From contig JBIJCH010000001.1 in NCBI GenBank assembly GCA_044344815.1, forward strand, positions 1 through 32,040: a stretch of 32,040 nt of DNA, given 5' to 3'. This document shows, piece after piece, positions 31,269 through 32,040 of the stretch. The notes under the pieces were generated by a model. The model did no database searches. It saw only the letters and a program-made list of their open reading frames with translations, and was not told the DNA's origin. A program made the position numbers and the translations under genes. The stretch's first letter is position 1. Each line of letters starts with the position of its first letter. Origin of the DNA: Flavobacteriales bacterium (GTDB lineage Bacteria > Bacteroidota > Bacteroidia > Flavobacteriales_F > PHOS-HE28).

Positions 31269-31276
31269 CGAAGGTA
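31269..31276 (-). promoter_or_regulatory. Candidate -7 box TACCTTCG (minus strand) upstream of dnaG
   Basis: 21 nt upstream of GTG 31247. Confidence 0.4.
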
Positions 31277-31389
31277 CCGACCCGGGGAGGGTGGTGCCCC
31301 GGCCGACTTGTCAAGGCCGGCTGTGGGATCGTGGTTCACAACCTGTTCGCAGGTCGTGGGATCGCTGTTGGCCGATCGTGGATGAGGGC

Positions 31390-31824
31390 TTAGCGCCGCA
31401 CCTCCACCCCGGCGCTGTCGTAGGTGATGGTTCGCACCAGCGTGCCGATGGCATCGTGGAACTCCCAGGTGCCCACGGGATGGCCGTTGGCATGCTGGCC
31501 GCGGTAATAGAGCGCGCCATTGGGCCGCAGGGTCACGGTAAGGCCGTGGAGCATGCCGTTGCGGTACTCGTTGCGGCTGGCCACGGCACCGTTGGGATGG
31601 TAGGCGGTCCAGAGGCCCTCGCGCACACCGTTGCGCACATCGCCTTCCATCAGCAGCAGGCCGTTGCGGTCGCGCACCTGCTGGTGGCCATCGCGCAGGG
31701 TGTCGGCCGTGGCGGCGACGGCGTGCGTGCTGTCGGTGGCCTGGGTTGCGGCCGGAGGCGTTCCCGGGCCGTTGCCGCAGGCGGCCAGCACCAGGATCAT
31801 CAACGGCAGGGTCCTCGGGTTCAT
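31390..31824 (-). CDS. Lipoprotein with MORN-variant (YwqK-like) repeats
   Basis: Lipobox LVLAAC at residues 11-16. GDVRNGVREGLWTAYHPNG, YRNGMLHGLTVTLRPNG, GQHANGHPVGTWEFHD. ATG overlaps the upstream stop (ATGA). Confidence 0.75.
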   Translation of the reverse strand: MNPRTLPLMILVLAACGNGPGTPPAATQATDSTHAVAATADTLRDGHQQVRDRNGLLLMEGDVRNGVREGLWTAYHPNGAVASRNEYRNGMLHGLTVTLRPNGALYYRGQHANGHPVGTWEFHDAIGTLVRTITYDSAGVEVRR

Positions 31825-32040
31825 TTGGTGCGGTTCACGGTGAGGTGCACCAGGCCTTCGAGCGCCCTGCGCGCCTCGGTGTCGGGGAAGGTGTGGAGCA
31901 CGGCCAGGGCCCGGTCGCGGTGCTCGAGCATGCGGCGGGTGGCGTGGGCGATGCCGCCGGCCTCCACCACCTTGGCCACCACGCGGGCCACCGCGGCACC
32001 GTCCTCGTTGCGGTTCTTCACCACGTCCACCATCCAGCGG
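31821..32040 (-). CDS. C-terminal end of a polyprenyl diphosphate synthase (IspB-like), 5'-truncated by the window edge
   Basis: The frame stays open to the window end. VVEAGGIAHATRRMLEHRDRALAVLHTFPDTEARRALEGLVHLTVNRTK resembles the conserved C-terminal helices of trans-prenyltransferases. Confidence 0.6.
   Translation of the reverse strand, partial: RWMVDVVKNRNEDGAAVARVVAKVVEAGGIAHATRRMLEHRDRALAVLHTFPDTEARRALEGLVHLTVNRTK

Noticed and set aside
10-31385. Many very long ORFs in the six-frame track, for example 10-891(+), 1528-2919(+), 2859-3968(+), 3019-3975(+), 4504-6429(-), 6141-7808(+), 7090-8316(-), 8497-9945(+), 8747-9739(-), 11286-12350(-), 13267-14529(-), 13974-15362(+) N-terminal part, 15390-17300(+), 15793-17454(-), 17340-18899(-), 19082-19963(-), 21025-21828(-), 21500-22480(+), 22246-23082(-), 23233-24753(+), 24242-25282(-), 25787-26824(-), 26869-28266(+) N-terminal part, 29415-31385(+)
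   Set aside because: These are antisense or off-frame shadows of well-supported genes. High GC makes stop codons rare in all frames. Their products are Arg/Gly/Ala/Pro/His-rich low-complexity strings with no recognisable motifs. The opposite or alternative frame in each case encodes a protein with clear family signatures.
31248-31389. DnaA-box-like motifs near dnaG as a replication origin
   Set aside because: The matches are degenerate (7 of 9). There is no AT-rich unwinding element and no dnaA/dnaN neighbourhood. Kept only as a low-interest repeat observation.
31390-31824. The MORN/YwqK-like protein as the antitoxin of a toxin-antitoxin or polymorphic-toxin system
   Set aside because: It has a lipoprotein signal (LVLAAC). 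It is translationally coupled to a polyprenyl synthase gene, and no toxin-like partner is present. The antitoxin label attached to this family does not fit the context.

Overview
Very GC-rich window (roughly two-thirds G+C by eye), read by hand without database searches. It looks like chromosome from a type IX secretion system (T9SS)-bearing member of the Bacteroidota. Support for this: three proteins carry T9SS C-terminal sorting domains (two type B gliding-motility CTDs, one type A Por_Secre_tail), Shine-Dalgarno sequences are absent, and TAnnTT(T/C)G -7 boxes recur about 17-25 nt upstream of many start codons.

Housekeeping genes: lepA, a YebC-family regulator, an acyl-CoA carboxylase beta subunit, purD, purQ, dnaG, and the 3' end of a polyprenyl synthase. 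Cell-envelope modules sit between them.

Envelope modules:
- (a) A minus-strand operon (4473 down to 1) encodes an ECF sigma factor, then a single-pass membrane protein that carries a T9SS type-B CTD, then a large NIDO/PKD/repeat adhesin that runs off the window.
- (b) A secreted endonuclease/exonuclease/phosphatase-fold protein is paired with a D-glucuronyl C5-epimerase-like protein.
- (c) A plus-strand cluster (10443-14463) encodes an ECF sigma, an anti-sigma, two tandem paralogous TonB-C-like secreted proteins and an outer-membrane beta-barrel. Each transcription unit is preceded by the same (T/C)GTAAC-N16/17-CGTC promoter at a near-constant distance from the start codon.
- (d) An LTD-CotH protein lies divergent to a T9SS type-A cargo protein.
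- (e) A CDF efflux pump, an unlisted 49-aa ORF, a small membrane protein and an SbtA-like permease.

Most interesting signals: the cis-encoded ECF regulon in (c), the anti-sigma-like protein fused to a T9SS sorting domain in (a), and a perfect 75-bp duplication of the lepA 3' end.

No rRNA, tRNA, CRISPR array, transposase or integrase was seen. Many long ORFs in the supplied track are antisense or off-frame shadows typical of high-GC DNA, and several true genes start well inside the listed ORF. All family assignments rest on motif recognition from memory and need HMM/BLAST confirmation.
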